From Gorillibacterium sp. sgz5001074 (GTDB lineage: Bacteria > Bacillota > Bacilli > Paenibacillales > NBRC-103111), in contig NZ_JBPPGJ010000003.1 of NCBI RefSeq assembly GCF_051594765.1, positions 264,226 through 328,225 on the forward strand: 64,000 nt of DNA, written 5' to 3'. The translations under genes and the position numbers were made by a program. The notes beneath the pieces are model-generated. The model searched no databases. It was not told where the DNA came from and saw only the letters and a list, made by a program, of their open reading frames with translations. Of this stretch, positions 10,215 to 21,035 are shown piece by piece. Every line of letters begins with the position of its first letter. Position 1 is the first letter of the stretch.

Positions 10215-10799
10215 TCATCGCTTCTTCACAAATCTCAACAGCCAATCCACTTGGGGAGTCGCATAGCCTTTGCCCAATACCATCACGCCGGATAGGATGG
10301 TGAGGTAATTAGCGATCAACTCCTCCGGATTGCCATCTGCGACTTCCCCACGTTGTTGCCCTTCCTCAAATAGGGGGAGCAGCCGTTTGACGTAAACATC
10401 CATCGGGTAGTTTTGAATCAGTTGGCTGACTTCTTCAGGAACCTCCTCGAAATTGCGGGCCCGATGGAGCAGCATAAAATAAGGAGCTCCGTTCTCATCG
10501 AGCATGCTTTGTGTGAGAGCTCTTATCTTATCAATCGGCGATCCCGCTAATTGGCCTAAGTTGTCGATTTCCTTCATTGATGTTTCAACCGCTTCCCGGA
10601 CCAAGGAGGTAAAGAGCTCCTCCTTGGTTTTGAAATAATGATAGAACAGTCCATGGCTTATGCCTGCTTCTGCGGTGATCATGCTGATTTTTGTGCCTGG
10701 GAGGCCTCGCTGGGCAAATATTTGGACTGCAGCCGACGTAATCTGTTGCTTGCGTTCCTCGTAGATTTTTTGAAGTTGGTCTTCTTTTAACCGCGGCAT
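10215..10799 (-). CDS. TetR/AcrR family transcriptional regulator
   Basis: TetR HTH (AAVQIFAQRGLPGTKISMITAEAGISHGLFYHYF). RBS AAAGGAG. Confidence 0.85.
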   Translation of the reverse strand: MPRLKEDQLQKIYEERKQQITSAAVQIFAQRGLPGTKISMITAEAGISHGLFYHYFKTKEELFTSLVREAVETSMKEIDNLGQLAGSPIDKIRALTQSMLDENGAPYFMLLHRARNFEEVPEEVSQLIQNYPMDVYVKRLLPLFEEGQQRGEVADGNPEELIANYLTILSGVMVLGKGYATPQVDWLLRFVKKR

Positions 10800-10819
10800 G
10801 GATTCAAACTCCTTTGGGA

Positions 10820-11671
10820 TTAAAGAAAAAAGGTGGTTAGCAGGCCCACGATCTGGTCAGGCCCGCCGTTATTCTCAGGTCCAAAATGGTCCAGCTTGTT
10901 GGCGGTTTCCACCGTCGATCGAGTGATCGTCCGGTTTAATATCTCGATCATTTCTTTGGTGGAATCTGAACTTTTGCCCCCTTGAATCAATAATACATCT
11001 GCTCTGGTATCGCTGTAATGTTGATAGGAAGAGGAAAGTCGCTGCACCTCACGGTGCTCCTTTAAATTTTGCTGAAGCAATCGGGCGGTTTTCCCCCAAT
11101 GGTCTCCTTGCACCATGATCCTTAAGATAAGCTTCGCATACCAATAGGGGAGCTGTGTTAAGGGGGTATAGCCCATTCCTCTCACGAAGTGAGTAAACGC
11201 GCCACGGTGATCCTTCTTATGCATCGCCTGCTCGTAAAGGTGCATCCAAGCTTCGTCCATCGGATGAATTAATACTCCAGGTTCATACAAAGCGACTTTG
11301 GTGATCGAATCGTCCATTCTGGCCAACTCCAGCGAGACTAGTCCTCCATAGCTGTGTCCAATCAAATAGTTGGCGCCTGTCGCTTCCCGGATGGCCTGAA
11401 CATCTTCGCATTCCTTATCCATAGCATACTCCGGACCCTGTGGACCACTCAAGCCTCGGCCTCTTCGATCCATGAGGTGAACGGTGAAAGAGTGAGAAAG
11501 TGCAATGGCTAAGCGGGTATAGTCTTCAGAATCCCTTAATGCAGCATGAACAAGGATAATCCCAGGCCCCTCGCCGATCGATCTGTATCCAATTCGTGTT
11601 CGGTCCTTCGACAGGACCTCGCATTGCTGAAACAAGCCTTGTTCAGCGGAAAACTCCTTTGAGTTTGGCAT
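10820..11671 (-). CDS. alpha/beta hydrolase
   Basis: GHSYGG nucleophile elbow. Start moved to MPNSKEF, which has an AAGGAGGG RBS. Confidence 0.75.
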   Translation of the reverse strand: MPNSKEFSAEQGLFQQCEVLSKDRTRIGYRSIGEGPGIILVHAALRDSEDYTRLAIALSHSFTVHLMDRRGRGLSGPQGPEYAMDKECEDVQAIREATGANYLIGHSYGGLVSLELARMDDSITKVALYEPGVLIHPMDEAWMHLYEQAMHKKDHRGAFTHFVRGMGYTPLTQLPYWYAKLILRIMVQGDHWGKTARLLQQNLKEHREVQRLSSSYQHYSDTRADVLLIQGGKSSDSTKEMIEILNRTITRSTVETANKLDHFGPENNGGPDQIVGLLTTFFL

Positions 11672-11688
11672 TTCCCCCGCCCTCCTTA

Positions 11689-11717
11689 TTTTGATTGACT
11701 GCATCAGTCAATCAAAA
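11689..11717. promoter_or_regulatory. perfect 13-bp inverted repeat with 3-nt spacer (TTTTGATTGACTG cat CAGTCAATCAAAA); putative TetR operator for the hydrolase-tetR operon
   Basis: Read directly from the sequence, 17 nt upstream of the hydrolase start. It contains TTGACT, so the operator probably overlaps the promoter. Confidence 0.55.
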
Positions 11718-11787
11718 TATACGGTAAAAACCATTGTCTGTCAATGGCCGAGGGCCACCCTTACCGGATGGCCCTTCTTCATCTATT

Positions 11788-12090
11788 TCAAACCTCAACC
11801 TGTTCCTCGGTCAAGACATGGGGTGCGCCGCTGTAGAAATTGGCGATATCTTGCTGAAGCTCTGGAATTCGGGGATCTGCAAGGAACTGTTCCATATTTG
11901 CCGCAGAACGGAAATATAAGGAGATGGTGAGTTGATAGGGGCCTTTGTCGGGAGCAATGTCTTTACGCACTACAGCCCGGGAGCCTTCGAATGAAGCCAA
12001 GACCGCCTTGACCTTTGGAACGTGGCTTGTCATGTAATACTCGGAGTCCAGTACTTCTCCATAAGGATAAGCAAATGACAAGACAACCAT
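11788..12090 (-). CDS. small Dabb/EthD-like stress-responsive protein
   Basis: Start at MVVLSFAYPYG with a GAAGGAGAGG RBS. About 100 aa with an alpha+beta barrel-like composition. The family assignment is tentative. Confidence 0.5.
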   Translation of the reverse strand: MVVLSFAYPYGEVLDSEYYMTSHVPKVKAVLASFEGSRAVVRKDIAPDKGPYQLTISLYFRSAANMEQFLADPRIPELQQDIANFYSGAPHVLTEEQVEV

Positions 12091-12128
12091 AATGAACCTC
12101 TCCTTCACATGTCGATCGTCCCAATCCT

Positions 12129-12497
12129 TCATGATCGTTCTCTAAGTAAGGACTCGTAGATCGATAGTTTTTTGTTTACAGCCTCATACGCTTTATCCAG
12201 CTCTACCTGCTTTCTTTGCAGTTCGAGCTTGTGTTTCTCTAATATTGCTATTCTCTCCGGTATCGTGGAATCACCCTGAACGGCAAGATCGACCATTTGC
12301 TTGATGAGAGCACCCGGCATCCCGGTTGCGCGCAAGCGCATCATGATATCCATCCAATCCAGATCCCTTTGTTCAAACACCCGGTTTCCATACCGGTCTC
12401 GTTGAATGGGGCGGAGCAATCCTTCTTTCTCATAGTAGCGGATGGTATGGGGAGGAATCCCCAGCTTTTCCGAGACTTCTTTGATTGAAATACTCAC
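12129..12497 (-). CDS. MerR family transcriptional regulator
   Basis: GTG start with an AGGAAGG RBS gives MSISIKEVSEKLGIPPHTIRYYEKEGLL, a canonical MerR HTH. Confidence 0.8.
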   Translation of the reverse strand: MSISIKEVSEKLGIPPHTIRYYEKEGLLRPIQRDRYGNRVFEQRDLDWMDIMMRLRATGMPGALIKQMVDLAVQGDSTIPERIAILEKHKLELQRKQVELDKAYEAVNKKLSIYESLLRERS

Positions 12498-12520
12498 ATG
12501 AACACCTTCCTGCAACCCTG

Positions 12521-13501
<981 letters not shown>

Positions 13502-13616
13502 GGTTTACCACACCTTCCCATCCAAGAATAGGGCCAAACCCACGCATATGTTTTTGGCTCCTATTCATCGTACAGCTTAAAGTACACTTTAAGGCAAGCG
13601 TTTTTTTATGGAGCCT

Positions 13617-14516
13617 TCAAGTAGCCGCCTTGCTGTTGCTGGAGTTAGGCCTTATCTGATGCATCCATTCCCCCCAATAGGTAGATCCCAGGATCATCAA
13701 GCCACCGATCAGCTGCGTCAGGGCAAAGGTCTCTCCCAGCAAGAGGACACTAAACACAATACCGAACACCGGCTCCAAATAGCCGTAGGAGGCAATCTCG
13801 ATGGACGACACTCGGTGGTAGGTTGAAAAGTAAAGACTGTAGGCCAGGCCTGTATGGACCACTCCAAGAATGCATGTCAATAGGATCGCCGTCCCGTCCG
13901 CAGCCAGAACCTGCCCCCACTCCCCCTCCGCCAGCACGAACGGCAATAAAACCAGACCGGCTGCACCCATTTGAAGCAATGTAGCGAGAGTATGATCCAC
14001 TTGATTGGCCGCTTTACGGTTGATGATGACGATAGCCGCATACAGCATGCCCGACACCCCACTGAGAATCATCCCCCACATCCCCTGAGACGATAACCCG
14101 GCAGCACCGAAGCCCCCCGTACCTACAACCAGGCATAATCCGATAAACGAGAATCCAACGATGCCCATCCGCAATCGGGTCAGTCGTTCCTTGAGAACGA
14201 AGGGTGCCACCAGCATGACATACACCGGACACATGTTATAGATGATGACTGCTGTAGAGACATTCGTGTTCTGGAACCCGTAGAAGAGGGCGGCCCAAGC
14301 TAATCCGATCAGTGCGCCGGATACCAGATAGGGCTTTGTTTGGCGGAAAGTAACCCGTTGGCCTGCAGGCCTCCTTATTCCTAATACCAACAACACCGGC
14401 AGGGCGATCACCGCCCTTAAGAAAGCCAGCACAAAAGGAGATAGCTCGATATGCCGCGTAAAAACCCCAATGCTTCCCCATACGACCATGACAAGCGTCA
14501 ATCTCAACCGATCCAT
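13617..14516 (-). CDS. DMT superfamily (EamA-like) transporter
   Basis: 299 aa with about 10 TM helices in two EamA-like halves. Confidence 0.7.
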   Translation of the reverse strand: MDRLRLTLVMVVWGSIGVFTRHIELSPFVLAFLRAVIALPVLLVLGIRRPAGQRVTFRQTKPYLVSGALIGLAWAALFYGFQNTNVSTAVIIYNMCPVYVMLVAPFVLKERLTRLRMGIVGFSFIGLCLVVGTGGFGAAGLSSQGMWGMILSGVSGMLYAAIVIINRKAANQVDHTLATLLQMGAAGLVLLPFVLAEGEWGQVLAADGTAILLTCILGVVHTGLAYSLYFSTYHRVSSIEIASYGYLEPVFGIVFSVLLLGETFALTQLIGGLMILGSTYWGEWMHQIRPNSSNSKAAT

Positions 14517-14601
14517 TCGAAGACCCCTTATTTCCAGAATACTCTCATCGTATCCGATCCCTAAGAGGCCGTATTGTACGAAATTGACGGGGCACGCCCA
14601 T

Positions 14602-15393
14602 CTATAAGCTCTGCAGATAACCCTTCGGTGTAACGCCGCTCATCTTCTTGAATTCCCTTATAAAATGCGCCTGGTCATAAAATCCGACCCGCTCCATGAT
14701 CTCGAATGGTTCAACCCCTTCAGCAAGCAGCTTTTTGGAGGCAGCGACCTTTACCTGCAATTGGAACGCTCTTGGTGTGGTGTGAAATCTGCGTTTAAAC
14801 TGGCGGATGATGGCAAAACGGCTGAGACCGAAGGTATTCTCCAGCGTCTCCAGCGTCCAGTTCTCTTGATACCGGTCCACCAGCCAATTGCGTATTTCCA
14901 TGACCCGCTCCGCCTGATGGTCTTCCTCACCTGGATGGGTCTCCCCCGCTATAGGCTCCCCCAGCTCCACCAACAGTTCAATCAATCGGCTTTCCAGCGT
15001 ACCTTTATCCTCTTCTGTTTCCAACAAGTGAACAAATGCGGTTACCTGCCGAAGGGAATCACCGGACAGCTTCATGACTTGATCGAATCTCACGCTGCCC
15101 TCGTAATAGCGGGGTTCAATATAGAGCATTACGAACTGCCACTGCCGAATGTCTGTCGGGGAGCAGCAGTGACTCGTAAGCGGTGGAATGACAATCCCGT
15201 CGCCCTTGACGAAGGATAGGGTATCTCCTCCAAATTCCACATGCGTGGAGCCTTCCTCAATATAGCCGATGGACAATTCGTTGTGCACGTGCGGCTTGTA
15301 GCTTTGGTAGGTCTGCCGGCACCGTTTGATTTCCACACCATCCACGATGCATTTAAGGTAGGTCAACTTGGAAGTGCTGCCGTTCGGTTTCAT
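14602..15393 (-). CDS. AraC family regulator with N-terminal cupin sensing domain
   Basis: C-terminal AraC HTH. Start moved to MKPNGSTS, which has a GGAAGGGGG RBS. Confidence 0.8.
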   Translation of the reverse strand: MKPNGSTSKLTYLKCIVDGVEIKRCRQTYQSYKPHVHNELSIGYIEEGSTHVEFGGDTLSFVKGDGIVIPPLTSHCCSPTDIRQWQFVMLYIEPRYYEGSVRFDQVMKLSGDSLRQVTAFVHLLETEEDKGTLESRLIELLVELGEPIAGETHPGEEDHQAERVMEIRNWLVDRYQENWTLETLENTFGLSRFAIIRQFKRRFHTTPRAFQLQVKVAASKKLLAEGVEPFEIMERVGFYDQAHFIREFKKMSGVTPKGYLQSL

Positions 15394-15548
15394 GGAATCC
15401 CCCCCTTCCACCATTTTCACCATGATACATCCGAACGAAGTTCTTAGCCAGATCCCCCCCCATAATTTTCCTAAAGGAAAGCCGCGGAGAATAAAAAAGC
15501 CAAGGAGCTAAACGGGGCAAAGCCGCTTAGCTCCTTGGTTAGTTATGG

Positions 15549-18500
15549 TTACAGTTGGAGACCGAGATCAAGCACGACGTTCAGCATCCGTATGATGATC
15601 GCCACCGACTGCTCGCGGGTAGCGGTATCGTTCAGTGCGAACCTGCCTTCGCTGACCCCGTTCACAATACCTGCTTGGCTGAGCTGATCGATGTAGTCTG
15701 CAGCCCAATGCCCGCTGATATCGGAGAACTTCGATGCCCCGCCAGCCGCGCTCATGCTCAGCACACGGGCAAGGATGGCCGCCATCTCGGCACGAGTGAT
15801 CTCTTGATCCGGATTGAAGGTGCCATTGCCCGTACCGTTCACAATACCTGCACGATGCAGGGCTCGGATATAAGCATCCGCCCAATGGCCATCGGTGTCG
15901 GAGAAGGAAGCGTCCGCTCCCTTCGTATCCATCCCTACCGCACGGACGATCATCGCAGCGAATTCAGCCCGTGTCACCTGATCCGAACCGTTGAACTCCC
16001 CGTTCATTCCGCCCTGAATCACACCAAGCTGAGAGGCATATTGGATTGCTTTCGCAGCCCAATGTGTCTCCGGTACGTCGGAGAAGTGAACCGGCGGATT
16101 CTTTTGCAGCGCTTGCTCCGCGTGAGATTTGGTCTGCTCTGCATTCGCGATGGCACGGTTCAGCACCGGCTTCTCCGGAGTTGGCTGTACCGGCTTTGGA
16201 GACGGAGTAACCGGAGTCGGTGCAGGAGTTACCGGACCCGGTGCCGTCGGGGCTGCTGGACCGCCGCCGGGGTTGCCGGATCCACCGTCGGAGCTTCCGG
16301 ACCCGTCGCCGGAGCCTCCGGATCCGCCAGAACTCCCTACCGTATAATAAATGTTCGGCACCGGAAGCTTCATCCCCTGAACTTCACCGCGGATGTCTTC
16401 ACCCAGATAGAAGCCCAGATGTGCCGGCTGGTTGTACATCGCGTTCTGCGAGTTCGCCGCCAACCGATACTGCGGATCATTCATCAGCGTGTAAATCACA
16501 TGCTCCGTCGGAATATCCGTCGTGTAGATTCGTAGAGACTTATTGTCGTTCGTGCGTACAAGAACCTCATCCCGCCAGTCTCCGAAGATATCGGCGATCA
16601 GGCTTGGATTCGCCTTCGTTCCGTTATTGGAATAGGTCCCCGTCAAGGTCTGAAGCGTAGTAAGCTCACTTTGCTTGGTTGCAACATCATAATTAAACTT
16701 CGTAATGGATGGCGCGCCTGTTGTCGTTGCATTATCCGGCCCGTCGAAGAACTCGTTAAGGAGGTCTCCGTCCCAATACAGGATGAAGTTAACGGGAGCC
16801 TTGTTGGCTGTGCCAATGCCGCCGACGTCAGTTGTAATCACTTCACCGCTCACAATATTGTACATCGGCGTCTGGATGCCCCATACCTCGAAGCCTGGCA
16901 GAGGAGTGACATTTGCCGCAACACCGCGTCCAACATCGCCTAGGTTTGCCGAATACGTCCACACCGGTTCCCCTGAGGAACCGCGAACCAAGGTCACATT
17001 GTTCGGAGGACTGGCTTCATGGGGCTGGAACACATAGATCTCGTTGCTGTCAGGCACCATGGCTCCTACATGCAAGGCATCGCCGTGACCCGCGGCTACC
17101 GTCCCTCTGGTTCCGTTGGTGCTCCATACGATCGTTCCGTCTTGGTCTATCGCGATGCCGCCGAGCACAACCTCGCTATACCCGTCATGATCCACATCCG
17201 CAACCTTAATATTGTGATTGCCCTGATTATTGCCGGCGTTCCATTCGGCCAGCGTGAACGACCAGACCTTCACAATCTTACCGTCAATATACTGATACGC
17301 CGCTATAAACTGCGGGCCATAGTGGGCACGCACCTCGATCACCGTAGGATAAGGCTCTGCGCCAAACACGCCGTTCTTCGGCATATAGGCCACTGCTCCG
17401 TTAAAGCGGTCGCTGCGGTTATTGTTGGCATCGCCCCAGTTGGAGGTGATGTTGTACGGTGCAAAATAATCGACCGTATCCACCGGCGTGCCTGTTGCCG
17501 CGTTGAATACCGTCCATCTCTCCGGACCGGATGCAACCCTTCCGAGCGCCGTATTGTTGACCTGGTTGCTATTGGCCGGGTTCTGCAGGCCGCCTACCCA
17601 TACTGCTTCGGGGTTGCCTAATACCCAGGCCGGAGTGTCCGTCAGGTCATTGATGGTACCATCCGCTTTAGGAAGATACCCTCTGGTTCCATCGGCTGTC
17701 TTGACCGAGAACTCCGCTTTCCCGTCCTGATCCAGATCATAGAAGTTGAACGCGCTGTGATGCGCGCTGGATACGATATTGATACCCAGGTTTATTCTCC
17801 ACAGCAGCTTGCCCTCGAGAGTATAGGCATCGAATATCGTCTCACCGGTGTGCCTGTTTGCAAGGCCCGGATCCTGAGCCTGAGACGGATACCATTTTAC
17901 AACAATCTCATACTGGCCATCACCATTCACATCCGCTACGGAGGCGTCGTTAGCCGTGTAGGTAATCGGATCCGCATTGGAGGTCGCTCCGTAAGCAAGC
18001 GCCGGGTTGGGACGATCCTCCGGCTTCTGAAGCGGAATGTCCATGTAGTTATGTTCCCATGCCTTTGCAGGCTTGCTTATGGTGCCGGTATTTACAGTCA
18101 CTACGGTGTAAGTATCTCCGGTTTTACCGCCCACATCGATGTAATCCAGCGTCGCTACCGGTGATGTATTAACTTTACTCCCGTTTCGGTACACGTTAAA
18201 GGTTAAGCCGTGGTCATATTCCGAAGCAAGCAGCCGCCAGGTGACAAGGATCCCGCCGCCGCTTTTTGCCGGAACGGCTACTACACCCCGATCCAGCCTT
18301 TCCATGGAGAACGGTTCGGTCGTAATCTTGTCTTTAATCCGGTTTTCGATGTAGAGCTTCGCTTTTATTCCCATTTTGTTGACTGCTACGCCGGGAAGAT
18401 CCGCAAGCGTTCCTTCATAGGAATACACGCCCTGCTTATTCGGATCGTAAGCCAATTGCGCGGCTGTGGTAGACCATGGGGCTTCTTTTAATGCCCAGGT

Positions 18501-20522
18501 TACGCCAAGCTCATAGGTACTGCCACCCGCCACCTTCACCTTAACGGTTGCCGGCAGATTAAGCCCTGCCTCGTCCGCCACATCCCCCATATATACGGTC
18601 TTAAACCAGCTCTGCAGGGTATTGCTGTCCGCCGTTGCGGGACGTTCCGGCAAGAAGTCATAGGGGAGTACATCGGTTATCGTGGTATCTGAAAGCGCTT
18701 TGGTAAAGAAATACAGGTTATCAATGCCATTATCGACAACGCCGATGTTATTCCCGCCCGCGCGCTCACCTGTAATCACAAAGGAGCTTATTTTGCTTCC
18801 CTCAAAAGGAACCGTAAGCACCGACGGCTGAGCCGCAGCATCGTCTCTCGGAACTAGGGAAACCGTAGCGAGCATCGTATCAAAATCAAACTCTATGCCA
18901 ACCTTATACCATTTATTAACCTCGTTATAGGTAAAGGCGTGGTAACGGTCATTGCTCCAGAAATACGGCGGGGTTGTGCCGGTCGGCCCCGGCAGCGACC
19001 CGGAAAATGCGCCTATGGTCCTTACGCCATTATTGGTGCCCGTTCTTAAACTGAGCAACACATTGGTTCCATCCTGGAAGCTAAGGTTAAACGTATTGGC
19101 CGCGGTGGTAACGGCCGGGACCTTCCAGTCCAGATTCACATAGACCTTGCTGCCGGAAACGGCGCTCGGCAAACTTCCCGTACTGCCGCGGTTTCCAGAA
19201 CCGGATGCGTCAAATCGGAAATAATTATTAATTTGAGGAACATCTTCTCTTTGAAGCTTATGATACGTGCCGCCGGCGAATATCCACAGCGGGGTTGCTG
19301 CGTTGAAGTCAAAATTGCTTCCGAAAGCCTGCGTGTACCCCTGTGCTAATATAGCGGAAAAGTCCGGCACGGGTTCAACAATCGGCGGGACATAGGTGAC
19401 ATGGATCGGCACGCTGCCTTTAATGGAGCCGTCCATATTGGACACCGCGTTAAGAGTAGCCTCGCCTGCGCCTCGTGCGGTAACCGTTACGCTCTTATCC
19501 GCATTTACCGCTATTGTGGCAATGTTCTCATCGCTGATCGTCCATGTAAACGTCCTGTCCGTTGCATTAACAGGCAGGACAACCGCGCTGTAGGTAGCCG
19601 AACGCTTGTCGGCAAGCGAGCCTTCCCCATATTCCAAATTAGCGGCTGTTGAGGGTGAGAGTGTTACTCCACTTGGGGGAATGATCGGCTTTACTTCGCC
19701 GGACGCAGCAGCTTTGAAGGTGATGTTATCCACGCGCATGCCATAGGTGCTTTCATCCCACGTAACGCCGGCAACCGGGTTAAACCTTGCCCAGCTCTGT
19801 CCGGTGGCCCGGCTTGCGCCTATGCTCATGCTGGTCAGCTTATCGGAGGCTATCGCTATGGGCTGTGGCGTGGTGTAGGCCAATGAACCGCCGTCGGTCA
19901 CACTGAGTGACACCACTTGTGCCAGAAGATCCACATTCAGGGTTGCCGCAAGCTTAGTCAGACGCGGCACACCCGTTAGCGCGGTCGTAGCCGTCCCTAT
20001 TGCCGGAACGTTATTGGCGGTCATATTGCCGGAGTAATACGATACGGTCGCCGGTGAGTTCGCATCCGTTCCGCCTCCGGCTGTTCGCAGCGTTATGACC
20101 TGATCCGCACCATTGTTCAGGCGGACGTCAAGCGAGTTTGCGCTAGGGCGGGTAATATCCACCCACCAGTCAAAGGTTACTTCAACCTGATCCTTGCCGG
20201 TCAGGTCATATTCCCCGCTATCAAGGGGAAGCGTCCACCAAAAGCTCGCTTGTTGGGCCACAGTCGAATCGGTATTGGATGGAGGTTGAATACGAAGTAC
20301 CTTGTTGGAGTCATATACCGCCACCGTGACTGACCCCGAGCCAGTGGTTGCCGGGGCGCCGGTTATGGTCCCTGCCAGCCCGCCATCCTCGAAATCCAAT
20401 ACATCGCCCACTTGTGTCAAAGGGACAGCTGCGGTATTGCCCATTACCACCGAGGGCGTAACCATAAACGCCATGGAGACGGTGAGAAGTACGGACATGA
20501 TCTTCTTAAGCTTTTTCTTCAT
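15549..20522 (-). CDS. SLH-domain cell-surface rhamnogalacturonan lyase (PL11, YesW/YesX-like catalytic core) with Ig-like/carbohydrate-binding modules
   Basis: 1657 aa with a signal peptide, a PL11-like beta-propeller region (FDAYTLEGKLLWRINLG..FYDLDQDGKAEF), a Gly/Ser then Pro/Thr linker and three C-terminal SLH repeats (FSDVPETHWAA.., FSDTDGHWADAYI.., FSDISGHWAADYI..). RBS GAGGAG. Confidence 0.85.
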   Translation of the reverse strand: MKKKLKKIMSVLLTVSMAFMVTPSVVMGNTAAVPLTQVGDVLDFEDGGLAGTITGAPATTGSGSVTVAVYDSNKVLRIQPPSNTDSTVAQQASFWWTLPLDSGEYDLTGKDQVEVTFDWWVDITRPSANSLDVRLNNGADQVITLRTAGGGTDANSPATVSYYSGNMTANNVPAIGTATTALTGVPRLTKLAATLNVDLLAQVVSLSVTDGGSLAYTTPQPIAIASDKLTSMSIGASRATGQSWARFNPVAGVTWDESTYGMRVDNITFKAAASGEVKPIIPPSGVTLSPSTAANLEYGEGSLADKRSATYSAVVLPVNATDRTFTWTISDENIATIAVNADKSVTVTARGAGEATLNAVSNMDGSIKGSVPIHVTYVPPIVEPVPDFSAILAQGYTQAFGSNFDFNAATPLWIFAGGTYHKLQREDVPQINNYFRFDASGSGNRGSTGSLPSAVSGSKVYVNLDWKVPAVTTAANTFNLSFQDGTNVLLSLRTGTNNGVRTIGAFSGSLPGPTGTTPPYFWSNDRYHAFTYNEVNKWYKVGIEFDFDTMLATVSLVPRDDAAAQPSVLTVPFEGSKISSFVITGERAGGNNIGVVDNGIDNLYFFTKALSDTTITDVLPYDFLPERPATADSNTLQSWFKTVYMGDVADEAGLNLPATVKVKVAGGSTYELGVTWALKEAPWSTTAAQLAYDPNKQGVYSYEGTLADLPGVAVNKMGIKAKLYIENRIKDKITTEPFSMERLDRGVVAVPAKSGGGILVTWRLLASEYDHGLTFNVYRNGSKVNTSPVATLDYIDVGGKTGDTYTVVTVNTGTISKPAKAWEHNYMDIPLQKPEDRPNPALAYGATSNADPITYTANDASVADVNGDGQYEIVVKWYPSQAQDPGLANRHTGETIFDAYTLEGKLLWRINLGINIVSSAHHSAFNFYDLDQDGKAEFSVKTADGTRGYLPKADGTINDLTDTPAWVLGNPEAVWVGGLQNPANSNQVNNTALGRVASGPERWTVFNAATGTPVDTVDYFAPYNITSNWGDANNNRSDRFNGAVAYMPKNGVFGAEPYPTVIEVRAHYGPQFIAAYQYIDGKIVKVWSFTLAEWNAGNNQGNHNIKVADVDHDGYSEVVLGGIAIDQDGTIVWSTNGTRGTVAAGHGDALHVGAMVPDSNEIYVFQPHEASPPNNVTLVRGSSGEPVWTYSANLGDVGRGVAANVTPLPGFEVWGIQTPMYNIVSGEVITTDVGGIGTANKAPVNFILYWDGDLLNEFFDGPDNATTTGAPSITKFNYDVATKQSELTTLQTLTGTYSNNGTKANPSLIADIFGDWRDEVLVRTNDNKSLRIYTTDIPTEHVIYTLMNDPQYRLAANSQNAMYNQPAHLGFYLGEDIRGEVQGMKLPVPNIYYTVGSSGGSGGSGDGSGSSDGGSGNPGGGPAAPTAPGPVTPAPTPVTPSPKPVQPTPEKPVLNRAIANAEQTKSHAEQALQKNPPVHFSDVPETHWAAKAIQYASQLGVIQGGMNGEFNGSDQVTRAEFAAMIVRAVGMDTKGADASFSDTDGHWADAYIRALHRAGIVNGTGNGTFNPDQEITRAEMAAILARVLSMSAAGGASKFSDISGHWAADYIDQLSQAGIVNGVSEGRFALNDTATREQSVAIIIRMLNVVLDLGLQL

Positions 20523-20742
20523 TCACTTCACTCCTCGTAGCAACGCGTTGAGTTGTCAGTCCCGCCGCAGAAAACGTATGATCCGGTTTCCTACAATAAA
20601 GCGCTGTCAAAATGAAGTGAAGCGCTTTCGTTTTTACTCTCACCTCGCTTATGTAGGGATATGCAACCGAATACGCTCTTACAGTGACAAGGATGTGTCC
20701 GCATTGTAAGTCATCCCCGACTTCTCTGTAAATCATGGCTAT

Positions 20743-20768
20743 TGATCACCGTTATCATTTTTGATCAA
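20743..20768. promoter_or_regulatory. TGATCA-(13)-TGATCA inverted repeat, a cre-like (CcpA-box-like) element in the lyase leader
   Basis: TTGATCACCGTTATCATTTTTGATCAA matches 12 of 14 positions of the TGWNANCGNTNWCA consensus. An imperfect match. Confidence 0.3.
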
Positions 20769-21035
20769 GAATCAAAAATGACGGGCCAAAGCAATAATAA
20801 CGAAATTCGGAAAAAAAGTACTATTGACTTGAAGATCATACCCATGTACCTCTGAAAGACACTTACTATGGATCCATTCAAGAGGGGGATTGAGATGGAA
20901 TTGGAGGGAGGGACCTTGTTTGATACTGCGATGATCGTTGGAGGACTTACGGGGTTGAATGGAATAAAGAAAATAGGGCAGATCTGGTCGTGCCGTTCCG
21001 GAAGTCCGGCTATTGGACTGGATCTGCCCGGAGGG

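Noticed and set aside
15555-20709. Numerous 60-330-aa ORFs inside or antisense to the 1657-aa lyase gene (e.g. 15555..16535 +, 17019..17621 +)
   Set aside because: Low-complexity, Arg/Cys/His-rich translations fully contained in a well-supported long CDS on the opposite strand.
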